In this document: positions 45,996 through 55,105 of the stretch, piece after piece
Layout of the letters: every line of letters begins with the position of its first letter
Position numbering within the stretch: the first letter of the stretch is position 1
Origin: an uncultured Bdellovibrionales bacterium
GTDB taxonomy: Bacteria > Patescibacteriota > Minisyncoccia > Moranbacterales > UBA1568
Assembly (NCBI GenBank): GCA_964384235.1
Contig: CAYLJX010000003.1
Location: 72,389-136,388 of the forward strand
Direction of reading: 5' to 3'
DNA: 64,000 bases
Position numbers and translations under genes: made by a program
Notes under the pieces: generated by a model
The model's database searches: none
Told to the model about the DNA's origin: nothing
The model's input: the letters and a program-made list of their open reading frames with translations, nothing else

Positions 45996-47039
45996 CTACT
46001 TCTTGACGAATCCCGTGCGCCTGTAATGTCCCTCAATGAGGCTTTCGACATCAACCCCTGCCCCCCTCAATATCTCGAGATGACTACGAAGATAGTGACG
46101 CACCGGGGTGCCGAGCCGTTGCCTGGCAATCCGATCAGCGAAGTACACGAACTCGAGTGAGTTCAGCAGATTACGCACCGTCTGCTCCGCACTCTCCTCT
46201 GTCAGCTTTTCCAGCGGCTCTGCCAGACCGAGGTCAACGAGCAACTGCCACACCCGCGCCACACTTTCATACTTGTGCTTCAGTTCTTCCACGGCCGGCG
46301 GCAAGATCTCGGTAAACAACATTCCGAAGTTCATACTGGTGCCGAGAACCTCCCTGATCCGCTCGAACGCCTCCAACGCACGAAAGGCCTCTTGCTGTTC
46401 AGTCTTGTACTGATTGACAAACTTCATTGCTCGGGCCTGCAGACTCATGTTCTCTCCCAGCTCGTCCGGAGGTGGCATAGGAATCTTGTCTCCCGGCTCG
46501 CCTAGAAGCGGCATGAGGATCTTGAACGCAGCTTCTACTGACTCCCCCTCCTTCTGCTTCACCGCCGCCGCCTTAACCTGGTCGGGCGTAGCATCACCGG
46601 TAAGATACCGGCAGAGAAGGTTCGAGTCGGCCACATGATATCCCTTTCCATGCGACCAATCTTTGTAGACCTCGCCGTCGATAATCACATAAACACCCTC
46701 AGCACTACACTGACCGATTCGGCCATCCGGAGCAATCCAGAGCTCATAGTCTTTGACGTAGAACTTCCCTTCGGAATCTTGGAAGACACCAAGGGGCAGG
46801 CCGACCCAGATGAGAAACTTTCCGTGTCGATCCGTCAGTCGGACCGTCACGAAAACGACACCGGGTTTGTCGGGATGTATCGTGAAGTAGTGTGTCTGCT
46901 CTCCCAGGGCCAGGCTCGTCGGAACAGTTGTTGCCTGTAATACGATCGCATCAGAACTCCCAGGTTTTGTTGAAACGACGATACCCTCACCGGATTGAGC
47001 ATGGTTGGGCCCCACAAACAATACCTTGTTCGGTAACAT
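45996..47039 (-). CDS. Hypothetical protein (347 aa)
   Basis: Long ORF with protein-like composition and no recognised domain. Confidence 0.55.
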   Translation of the reverse strand: MLPNKVLFVGPNHAQSGEGIVVSTKPGSSDAIVLQATTVPTSLALGEQTHYFTIHPDKPGVVFVTVRLTDRHGKFLIWVGLPLGVFQDSEGKFYVKDYELWIAPDGRIGQCSAEGVYVIIDGEVYKDWSHGKGYHVADSNLLCRYLTGDATPDQVKAAAVKQKEGESVEAAFKILMPLLGEPGDKIPMPPPDELGENMSLQARAMKFVNQYKTEQQEAFRALEAFERIREVLGTSMNFGMLFTEILPPAVEELKHKYESVARVWQLLVDLGLAEPLEKLTEESAEQTVRNLLNSLEFVYFADRIARQRLGTPVRHYLRSHLEILRGAGVDVESLIEGHYRRTGFVKK

Positions 47040-47273
47040 GACGCTTTACTCCTTCCTTGAAAGGAACGATCGGTACCCGCGGCGCGGTATACCTCAGCAA
47101 TATCCTCTCCCATTGCCGTACAGGGAGGCTTGTTCCAAGCAAAAAATCCACTTGGAACACAGCTTTTCATTATACACCAATTTCATCGTCACGTCAATAC
47201 CGGTCGAACATCAGAAAACCCACCTTGGGAGCGGGTTTTGTTACGCTGTGATGACTCTTCGGCAAGCTCAGAG

Positions 47274-47519
47274 TCACTTTTTCTTTTTGCCTCCGAGGAG
47301 CAGCGCGGCGGCGGCACCGAGAGCGGCACCGATACCGGCCGAGATCATGGCGGCCTTTTCCGGATTCTTCTTCACGAAGTCTTCGGTCTGCTTGAGCATC
47401 GTATCGACATGCTTCTTCATCTTGACGAGTTCCATCTCCGCCTGCTTCCGGCTCTTCTCGAGATTCTTCATCACCGTTTCTTTCACTTCTTCGACAGTCG
47501 TCTTCTTCTTGCTGGCCAT
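47274..47519 (-). CDS. ElaB/YqjD-like (DUF883) small protein with a C-terminal Gly-zipper TM
   Basis: Helical N-terminus plus ..AAMISAGIGAALGAAAALLLGGKKKK tail. Confidence 0.55.
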   Translation of the reverse strand: MASKKKTTVEEVKETVMKNLEKSRKQAEMELVKMKKHVDTMLKQTEDFVKKNPEKAAMISAGIGAALGAAAALLLGGKKKK

Positions 47520-47536
47520 ATCTTTGATTTGTTTAA

Positions 47537-47863
47537 TTACTTACGAGTAAACATATACAGTACGAGACTGAGGAGCAAAATGACAATCCCCATGAGCGCC
47601 TCACCCGCGCCCGGCATCTGTAGGATGGCCGAGAACAGCCGCGAGAGTCCGACCAGGAGAAACGCGATCCCAAGAAACGCGAGGAACACAATGAACGCCT
47701 GTTTCGCGAGACGTGAGGCGATCGCCTGCACCGCCTCCTCGATGCTCTCCACGGCTCCGCTCACGAACGACTGGATGCTCCCGAAGATACCGTCGAGGAG
47801 ATACGAGATCCAGAGGTGACCGTTCTCGGTCTTGCGTGTCCGGGTTGTCTTTTTCTCTTCCAT
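47537..47863 (-). CDS. YqjE-like (DUF1469 / holin-superfamily-III-like) membrane protein
   Basis: Two TM helices; adjacent to the YqjD-like gene as in the yqjDEK arrangement. Confidence 0.5.
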   Translation of the reverse strand: MEEKKTTRTRKTENGHLWISYLLDGIFGSIQSFVSGAVESIEEAVQAIASRLAKQAFIVFLAFLGIAFLLVGLSRLFSAILQMPGAGEALMGIVILLLSLVLYMFTRK

Positions 47864-47985
47864 GGATGTTGGTTTTTCCTCTGTAAAAAATTATACCACG
47901 TCTCCTCTGTTCCGCAATCTTGCAATCATCTTATTTCCCGTGCTATCAAACAACTCAGGAGGCTTATCTTTTTTTCCAGGTTGAC

Positions 47986-49887
47986 ATGAAACGCCTCCTC
48001 CTCGTGATACTTTTTGACAGTCTCTTTCTTCCTCTTCCGGTTCTGGCGGACACCGTCCCTACCATCATCATAAGCGAGGTCCAGACGAGCGGTGCGTCGA
48101 GCGATGACGAATTCATCGAGCTCTACAATCCCGGGAGCAGCACGGTGAATCTCAGCGACTACGCCCTCCGTCGCAAAACCAAGGGTGACACGAGCGCCCT
48201 GGGCACCTCCGTCAAATCCTTTTCCTCAAGCGATACCATCGGGGCGAAGGAGTATTTCCTCTGGGCCAATTCCAAGAGCGTCTTCAAGGACTTGGCCGAC
48301 GCGACGACCACGGCGAGCCTCACCGATGACAACAGTCTCGCTCTCGTAGGCAAGAATAACGTGATAGTCGACACGGTCACGTACGGCTCGGGACACGCCG
48401 CGCCGTTCTCCCCGACCGTCTCGTCCAATCCTGACAAGAAACAGTCGCTCGTCCGCGACCTTGATACGCTCGAGTGGCAAAAATCCTCGGCACCGACCCC
48501 GACAAACGGTCTCGGCGTGACGTACGAGGAACCGACCCCTTCGACTCCTTCGACGGGCTCAGGGCAAGCAGGCTCAGGGCAAGTAGGCTCGGGATCTTCG
48601 ACTCCTACCACTTCTTCGGCCGTCCGTCTCAACGAACTTCTCCCCAACCCCAAGGAGAAAGGCGAGAAAAACGAGTACATCGAACTCTACAATAGCGGGA
48701 GCGACGAAGTCTCACTCGCCAACTGGACCCTCCGTGACGCATCCAAGACCGGCAAGTACGTTTTTCCCTCAACGTCATCCATCGCCGGCCACGGCTACCT
48801 CGTCATCACGCGCGAGACGTCCGGCCTCTCGCTCAACAATTCCGACGAGACTGTTTCCCTCTTCGATGCGAGCGGCACCCTCGTCTCTTCCGTCCGCTAC
48901 GACAAGACCAAGGAAAACATCTCGCTCAATTACTCCGAAAAAGGATGGCGCGGGAGCAAGTTCCTCACGCCCGGCGCGGAGAACATCCTAAATTCTCTCC
49001 CCGACACCAAGGAGCGCATCCCCAAGAAAGGCTATGCCAAGATGCCCGTGGAATTCCACGCCAAAGGCAAGGACAAAGACGGCGACAAACTCAAGTACAC
49101 CTGGGACTTCGGCGACGGACACAAGAGTTACAAACGAGACACCGCCCATACCTACAAGAAGAAAGGCAAGTACACGATCCGTCTCACCGTGACCGACGGT
49201 TCGGAGGACACTGTCGAGACCAAGAAGATCAAGATCGAGAAATACGAATATCCCGATCTCAAGATCACGACCCTCTCACCGAACCCCGCCGGAAGCGACA
49301 CGGAAAACGAGTGGATCGTCATCGAAAACAAAGGCAAGAAAAAAGTGAATCTCAAGGATTTCGCCATCGCGACCGGCTGGAAATCCCTCGCGAACCACCC
49401 TATCCGAAGCGACCTGGTCATCAAGCCAGGGAAAACCCTCAAGCTTTCACGGAAAGACGCGCTCTTCACCCTTCCCAACAAGCAGGGCAAGATAGAACTC
49501 CGTGCCCCCGACGGTAAGACACTCCAGAAGGTCAAGTACCAACTCGCCGCGTCCGTGAAAGAGAATACCGTCTATCACAAGGAAAAGAATCTTCCGTGGG
49601 CCTGGAAACAGGTTGAGAATGTTTCCTCTCCTCAAAATGCTCCCTCCCTCACGGCGAAGAAAGAAACTTCATCCCCCGCTCCAGAAAAAAAAGAAGAGGC
49701 TCAGCAAACAAAGAAAGAAGAGGTTCAACCGGAAACCTCTCCGACAGAACAACCTTCTATCCCTCCGACTGAAACAGCACCGACCCTTCCCATCGAACAG
49801 GAACAACCTTCTTCCTTTACTCACATTCTGGAAACAATTTTCTCATCTCTAAACGGACTCTTAAACAGACTGTTCGGTGTTCAGTAA
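47986..49887 (+). CDS. Secreted multidomain protein: three lamin-tail domains (LTD), a PKD domain and a C-terminal low-complexity tail
   Basis: Signal peptide MKRLLLVILFDSLFLPLPVLA; repeated ISEV..DEFIELYN / NEYIELYN / NEWIVIEN LTD signatures; WDFGDGHKSY..YTIRLTVTDG PKD motif. Confidence 0.8.
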   Translation: MKRLLLVILFDSLFLPLPVLADTVPTIIISEVQTSGASSDDEFIELYNPGSSTVNLSDYALRRKTKGDTSALGTSVKSFSSSDTIGAKEYFLWANSKSVFKDLADATTTASLTDDNSLALVGKNNVIVDTVTYGSGHAAPFSPTVSSNPDKKQSLVRDLDTLEWQKSSAPTPTNGLGVTYEEPTPSTPSTGSGQAGSGQVGSGSSTPTTSSAVRLNELLPNPKEKGEKNEYIELYNSGSDEVSLANWTLRDASKTGKYVFPSTSSIAGHGYLVITRETSGLSLNNSDETVSLFDASGTLVSSVRYDKTKENISLNYSEKGWRGSKFLTPGAENILNSLPDTKERIPKKGYAKMPVEFHAKGKDKDGDKLKYTWDFGDGHKSYKRDTAHTYKKKGKYTIRLTVTDGSEDTVETKKIKIEKYEYPDLKITTLSPNPAGSDTENEWIVIENKGKKKVNLKDFAIATGWKSLANHPIRSDLVIKPGKTLKLSRKDALFTLPNKQGKIELRAPDGKTLQKVKYQLAASVKENTVYHKEKNLPWAWKQVENVSSPQNAPSLTAKKETSSPAPEKKEEAQQTKKEEVQPETSPTEQPSIPPTETAPTLPIEQEQPSSFTHILETIFSSLNGLLNRLFGVQ

Positions 49888-49925
49888 AAAAGCTACGAAC
49901 CTTTCCTTTCGAACGGAAGGCAAAG

Positions 49926-50047
49926 ATCCCTTTTCGGAGTCTTGAAGATCCGGAAGCGGGCATGGTTCCGACTGACAAGGAGGAGAGCGAAGGAGCTTCA
50001 GGAGGGAGCCCGTACGCCGGACGGGCGAGCGACTCCGAAAAGGGAGG
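49926..50047. ncRNA. Structured RNA element E, copy 2
   Basis: ~85% identical to copy 1, with GGUUGC/GCAACC replaced by GCCCGU/ACGGGC (both pair). Confidence 0.5.
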
Positions 50048-50142
50048 CTTTGCCGGGAGAGAGAATAAAGCACTAGAAAACTTTTCGTAAAAAACAAACG
50101 CCCGGAAGAAGACTTCTCTTCCGAGCGATACAACAGTGCGAC

Positions 50143-50655
50143 TCACTTGAAATGCAGCATGAACCGACCAGCGGGGATCTCCAACGTTTGTACCAGACTG
50201 CGGCGAAACCGACGCTTATCGATACACTGCTCCGGCACCGGTTGACCGTCGATGACGCCGTGAGGACAAGACTCGTCGGGTCTGATCTCCTCGCCGTTTA
50301 TACGATAGTCGATATCGCCTACCCGCGTAACGGTGACGCTTTCAGGAGACAACGTCGCCACGACGATTGAAGCCGATAGCCGCGCTTCCGGATACGCCTC
50401 GAACACCTGTTCGGCACCGGCCTCAAGAAACCACAGGTTGACACGCCTCGTGATCACATCCACCAGCACCTTCCCGGCAAGATGCGAGCTGAAAAGAAAA
50501 ACTCCTTGGATGACTTCAGCCAGATCCTTGCCGCTGACCCTCCCCCGTACGGAAGTGACATTTTTTGGCCACGCCTTCGGATCAGTCGTTTCGATGGCGA
50601 CAATCACCCCCGGCCACGCGGTGACCGAAAACTCTTTCTTCCGTCTTCCTGCCAT
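50143..50655 (-). CDS. Hypothetical protein with weak PP2C-phosphatase-like similarity (short)
   Basis: ..SASIVVATLSPESVTVTRVGDIDYRI.. resembles the PP2C TAVVALI..VANVGDSRA block; the N-terminal PP2C motifs are absent. Confidence 0.35.
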   Translation of the reverse strand: MAGRRKKEFSVTAWPGVIVAIETTDPKAWPKNVTSVRGRVSGKDLAEVIQGVFLFSSHLAGKVLVDVITRRVNLWFLEAGAEQVFEAYPEARLSASIVVATLSPESVTVTRVGDIDYRINGEEIRPDESCPHGVIDGQPVPEQCIDKRRFRRSLVQTLEIPAGRFMLHFK

Positions 50656-50767
50656 AGCCCCTCCTAAAAGGTTATCAGATTGTTCAAGAACGTTGCTGAC
50701 CCCTTCTCAGAGGACTTGTTATCCTAGCATCAGAACATGGTTTTGTCACTCCTATAGGGAGCAAAAA

Positions 50768-50805
50768 AAACAGAAGGGTCACGGGTGCAGAATCGCACCG
50801 GTGAC
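50768..50805 (-). terminator. Terminator of gene 50837..51238
   Basis: 13-bp palindrome gggtcacgggtgc-agaatc-gcaccggtgaccc followed by a U8 run on the minus strand. Confidence 0.7.
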
Positions 50806-50836
50806 CCTCGGATACGGAAGAGCCGCTGAAAGCGCC

Positions 50837-51238
50837 TCATAGCACCTCTCCGTCAAAGTGATACTTGATATGTTTCGCTCCGATGTCCGCGGCGAACTCC
50901 CGGATTTTCGTACGAAGCTTCTCGTAGGCTTCGGCGGGTACCGATCTCCCCACCTTCACCTGAAGCTCGTCAAAAACAGGCAACCAGACCGCGAAGAGCT
51001 CATCGGACTCGAAGTACGGCAAAGGAACGAACCACAGAAACTTCTTTTCCTCGGCCACGAACCAGTGCTCGCCCTCCGGATCCTCTGGATCACCGTTTCT
51101 CCAATATTCCGCCGTGAGCCTCCTCTTGAAATACGAACCAAGGATCTCGGCGACAGCCCGATTGAAACGGGCAAGTGTTTGATACATTTCTACTGCCCCG
51201 CCTTCGGGATCGGAAACCTGAATACTGGACATGACCAC
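50837..51238 (-). CDS. Hypothetical protein (133 aa), first gene of the accessory island
   Basis: Protein-like ORF with its own strong terminator. Confidence 0.5.
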   Translation of the reverse strand: MVMSSIQVSDPEGGAVEMYQTLARFNRAVAEILGSYFKRRLTAEYWRNGDPEDPEGEHWFVAEEKKFLWFVPLPYFESDELFAVWLPVFDELQVKVGRSVPAEAYEKLRTKIREFAADIGAKHIKYHFDGEVL

Positions 51239-51451
51239 CTCCTCACTCTTTTGTTGAAAAAACTTCCCCCATCCCCTGACGCTGCAGAAGACTCTCCATC
51301 CTATACCAGAAACGCTTTTTTGTCACGTCATAACAACAAAAGACCTGAAAAACCAGGTCTTTTCTTTAGAGCTCTTTCAGCCACCACGTTCGCACCTGGT
51401 TCGAATCCCGCGATCCCGAATTCATGGAGGTCATTCGCCAGATCCGGACGA

Positions 51452-51640
51452 TCAAAGCCATGGTGGAGGAGGCGGCTCATAGGGAGGCTCTCCCGGTTTC
51501 GGCGCTTTGTGAGACAAGAGCCAGAAGAGGTTCAGGAGCTCGAGGTACCGGCCCTTCGCCTCGGCGAAAGAAAGCACTTCGTCATAGTCCGCTTCCATTC
51601 TCGCACGGAAGCGGTCGATTGTCTCATCGGTGATCTGCAT
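51452..51640 (-). CDS. Small hypothetical protein (62 aa) with a Pro-rich tail
   Basis: Helical composition; no Shine-Dalgarno sequence seen. Confidence 0.25.
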   Translation of the reverse strand: MQITDETIDRFRARMEADYDEVLSFAEAKGRYLELLNLFWLLSHKAPKPGEPPYEPPPPPWL

Positions 51641-51830
51641 GCAACCAGAGTGCCATGCGCTGCAAACTCAGTCATGACGGGGGAATGTGCCAAGTCCGCA
51701 CACTCAGTAACCGGTGGTCCATAACGCCCTCGCAGCACCCTACATAAAGAGCGATTGGGCGGTCCGTACCGAACCAAACGTCGAACTTTCTAGGCGTGAG
51801 CCAGCGAAACTGGCCTGAGGCACTCATTCG

Positions 51831-52610
51831 TCAAGTCTTGGGGTATTCCGCATTGCACTCTTGCCGCAGGCGAGCACGTTCCGTGTCTTGGACCGGCCGC
51901 TCAATAGTGCTTCGAAGCGTCGCACGCATCCATGCACCCGGACCGAAGAGCTGTGATGGACTGGAACAGGAAATCGGAAGGCGCACACCTCGTACGACGC
52001 CGTCCTCGGCTATGAACTGGAGATCGCCAAGCTGGCCACGGCTTTCTTCTACGTTAAGAACCTCCGGTCGACCAACTATGACATAGCCGGGAGGAGCATC
52101 AAAAGCCACCACGTCTGATTGCGAGTGCCCCCCTCCACCTACGCCTGCTCCCTCGCATCTCACTTGGTTTCGAACCTCTTGTGTCTTGCGATCTTGAAAA
52201 CGAGCTACGGAGCCAGCAAGGCACTCTGCGATCTTGGCGTTTCGGTGTTCAGCAGCGTGCTGAGCCTCTTTTGCAGCGTCGAAGACTGCGTAGCCAAGGA
52301 CACATACGCCACCGAAGATGAGCACGAAGGCACCCATCTTCACGCCCCAGTGCTCTTTGCCAAAGAAGAGCCATGCCAGGAGACCGACTATGCATGCCAG
52401 CAGTGCCAAGACCCCAAGGGGTGTTTTGATCGCTGCTTCGAAGACTCTCGGGAACTGCTCAACAAGTGTTTGCAACATCCATTCCTCCCGATATCGAACT
52501 CGATCGATGACGTTCTGGTGCGCATCGCGAAATGTTTCCAATCGTGGCAATGTGCCGCCTAGGCGCGACTCGCTTCCCACGACAGAGCGCATAGCCAGCG
52601 ATTGCGACAC
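51831..52610 (-). CDS. Hypothetical 2-TM membrane protein downstream of SGNH-like paralog 1
   Basis: ..LGVLALLACIVGLLAWLFFGKEHWGVKMGAFVLIFGGVCVLGYAVF.. TM hairpin. Confidence 0.4.
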   Translation of the reverse strand: MSQSLAMRSVVGSESRLGGTLPRLETFRDAHQNVIDRVRYREEWMLQTLVEQFPRVFEAAIKTPLGVLALLACIVGLLAWLFFGKEHWGVKMGAFVLIFGGVCVLGYAVFDAAKEAQHAAEHRNAKIAECLAGSVARFQDRKTQEVRNQVRCEGAGVGGGGHSQSDVVAFDAPPGYVIVGRPEVLNVEESRGQLGDLQFIAEDGVVRGVRLPISCSSPSQLFGPGAWMRATLRSTIERPVQDTERARLRQECNAEYPKT

Positions 52611-52679
52611 TCATCCCGACCTCACAAGGAAGCATCGGTGCAGTGCGCCACGCGATCACTGATCTGTTTGGGCGACGTC

Positions 52680-53489
52680 TCACACTGCGATCGCGAGTTC
52701 CTTCAAGGTGTCGATCCAGCGTTCATTCACGATCCGCTGGAATCCCTCTCTCGTTGGGTGGAGCTCGTTGTCCCAGTCTTCGAGGTAGTTCGGGGAAACA
52801 AGACATCCGCGTGAATTGACCAAGTAGATTCGTTTGCCCGGATCCGCAAACTGCGAAAACTCCTCGGCGAGGCGGTCGATGAGGATGCGACAGATCTTCC
52901 GGCGGAGATCGGGGTCGTTCGGAACCTGTCGTTCGTCCATGGCCGGAGCGAGCCACGGCCCCGTTATCTTCAACGTCTCAAGTTTGAAGCCCCGTCCATC
53001 CGGGATGGGATAGTCGTAGGAGTGGAGGATGACGGCCGGGTGAAGCCCCTGTTTTCCGGCGGCACGCCAGACTTGATGGGTCATGGCGCCAAGGGCGGTA
53101 CCCAGTCGTCCCATCAGGGCATCCATCGCCGCCTCCTCGATACAGTCTTCCGGCGTTTGCGCTTTGGAGCAATTCCTTTTCAGCCCAAGCCCGTAATCGA
53201 CCGCATCGTTTCCTGCACCACCGATTCGGACAAACGAATAGTAGGGCATGTTCTCTGGTCGCAGTTCCCAAGCGAACTGTTTCGCGTACCTGCCGAAGAC
53301 GTACTCCTCCAGCTTGGCGCCGATGTACCCGAGCGACTGGATCTGACGATACGGATCCTGGACGCGCGGATGGGTCGCAATCGCGTAGAGGAGGTTGCTC
53401 TTCGGATACCAGAACCAGGAGTCTCCGATTGCCAGAAGTGCGGGAAATTCGCCGGGAAGCCACTGCTCGCCGGGCGCATAGATTTTCAT
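52680..53489 (-). CDS. GDSW-motif SGNH-hydrolase-like protein, paralog 1
   Basis: LLAIGDSWFWY (block I Ser), GGAGND (block III), WDNELHP (block V His); paralogous to 62572..63420. Confidence 0.65.
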   Translation of the reverse strand: MKIYAPGEQWLPGEFPALLAIGDSWFWYPKSNLLYAIATHPRVQDPYRQIQSLGYIGAKLEEYVFGRYAKQFAWELRPENMPYYSFVRIGGAGNDAVDYGLGLKRNCSKAQTPEDCIEEAAMDALMGRLGTALGAMTHQVWRAAGKQGLHPAVILHSYDYPIPDGRGFKLETLKITGPWLAPAMDERQVPNDPDLRRKICRILIDRLAEEFSQFADPGKRIYLVNSRGCLVSPNYLEDWDNELHPTREGFQRIVNERWIDTLKELAIAV

Positions 53490-53664
53490 GCTGGTCTTCA
53501 GACTCTTTGGATCGTCAGCGATCCAGTCTTTCCGTGATTCTTCGGCGGCTTTTGCATGCTTGCGTCCCTCTAGCGTAGTAACAGACGGTTAGTGACGGTA
53601 ACCAAGGTACTTCACTGATCCCCGCCGAACCGACGACGACAAAAGGGGTTGTAAGTCAACCACG

Positions 53665-55068
53665 TCACTTTGAAGTCAATCCCGCTTCCGTCATGAACTT
53701 GACGATCCGGGCCGCTGTGAGTGCTTCGTTGTAACCAAGCCTATCCTGAAACCGATTGAAGCCTTGGACGTGAATGCCGATAACCGCCCCGTCTGATAGA
53801 TCAAAAATTGGGCTGCCCGAGTTTCCGCCAGACGTGTTGGCCTTGTGCACGAACATTCCCTCATCAGTGACCTTTTTTCCCCCAGTAAAGCCACCTGAGA
53901 GCCGCTTGAACGGAAACTGGGGCGCCAACTTGTCGGGTGTTCTGAAGAACTCCACTTGTTCCGCAACGGTCATATCGTCGGGAGGTCCCGGATAGCCCAT
54001 GACCGCCACAATCATGTTCCCGGCGTATGCAGCATTAGGTCTTTCCGCAAGCGTGAGGCTTTTCGGAAACTGCTGATCGGTCGAAGTAAGGAGTATGGCC
54101 ATGTCATCTCGAGAACCTTTAGGCACTGCGTGGACTGCATTCAGAAAATATGAACGCTCCTTGTTGGGCTCCTCGCAAGCATTGTCCTTACCCAATGGGT
54201 ACTCGACGTCAAAATAGACCTTCGCTCCAGGGCGAATCTTCCAAAGATTCTTCTGTTCATCATACTGAGCAATACTTTTGAGCACGTGTAGGTTTGTAAT
54301 CAGATGATTCGATCCCACGACGAAGCCTGATCCTGCTGGACGATCGTCAAGCATTATCAGACCTACGCTTCTCCCGGCCCGAACGAGTGCGTCTTTATGA
54401 GATGAAATTGTCTTACTCCACTCCAATGGGTCTTTGGGCGCCCAGAGTTGCTCCTTGCAGACAAGGAAATAGGGATTTGAGAGCGCTGCAAACGACTCAG
54501 CAACAGCCGGCGATATTCCCTTAATCTGACCCAAAACAAATTCTCGTGCCCGTTGCTTCGTTGAAATTGCCGTGTTGATAGCGGAGAGCGCCACATTGTT
54601 GGCTGGCGTCTTCGGCTCGACGGCGTTAAGCTGCGCCAGCTCTACCTGCAACTGATCGATCTCCGATTCGATTACAGCGAGTAGCGCTTGTCTCTGCGCG
54701 GGACTTTGTTGTTCCAGCGATTCTTCCAAAGACTGAGGCGTCACGGTCCCGGAACGCGATGCCGGTGTCTTCGACAGATCACCGTTGGAACCAACGAGTG
54801 GTGCGCCAGGCAGCTTTCGAGGAATCGACTGGCTGACTAGTCGAAGTTCCACATCGCTTATTTCGCGGGCACGACTAACGGATTCCACGGTGGCGCGCCT
54901 GAGGGCGTCGCCTAAGAGGTCGCCAAAGAGATCTCCCGCTTGGACGCTCGACGTTCCTAAGGCAATCGAGCACAGTAGCAGTAGACCTTTCTCAAACCTA
55001 GGACGATTGATGTTGCGATTCATTTCGGTGGCCGGCGCGCAGCTAGTTTGTTCGTACCCGTTTTTCAT
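53665..55068 (-). CDS. Secreted trypsin-like (S1, chymotrypsin-fold) serine protease with an N-terminal coiled-coil region
   Basis: Signal peptide; ..GSGFVVGSNHLITNLHV.. (His), ..DMAILL.. (Asp), ..GNSGSPIFD.. (Ser). Confidence 0.8.
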   Translation of the reverse strand: MKNGYEQTSCAPATEMNRNINRPRFEKGLLLLCSIALGTSSVQAGDLFGDLLGDALRRATVESVSRAREISDVELRLVSQSIPRKLPGAPLVGSNGDLSKTPASRSGTVTPQSLEESLEQQSPAQRQALLAVIESEIDQLQVELAQLNAVEPKTPANNVALSAINTAISTKQRAREFVLGQIKGISPAVAESFAALSNPYFLVCKEQLWAPKDPLEWSKTISSHKDALVRAGRSVGLIMLDDRPAGSGFVVGSNHLITNLHVLKSIAQYDEQKNLWKIRPGAKVYFDVEYPLGKDNACEEPNKERSYFLNAVHAVPKGSRDDMAILLTSTDQQFPKSLTLAERPNAAYAGNMIVAVMGYPGPPDDMTVAEQVEFFRTPDKLAPQFPFKRLSGGFTGGKKVTDEGMFVHKANTSGGNSGSPIFDLSDGAVIGIHVQGFNRFQDRLGYNEALTAARIVKFMTEAGLTSK

Positions 55069-55105
55069 GAAGGCATCTTGCGCACCCTGTCGCTAATGCG
55101 GGGAC

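Noticed and set aside
50858-51724. 288-aa + strand ORF
   Set aside because: Its composition is Arg/Pro-rich and junk-like. It is antisense to the better ORFs 50837-51238 and 51452-51640 and to a strong minus-strand terminator.
52119-52562. 147-aa Cys-rich + strand ORF
   Set aside because: It is antisense to the 2-TM protein gene 51831-52610, which has the more protein-like sequence. The Cys richness reflects GC-rich antisense codons.
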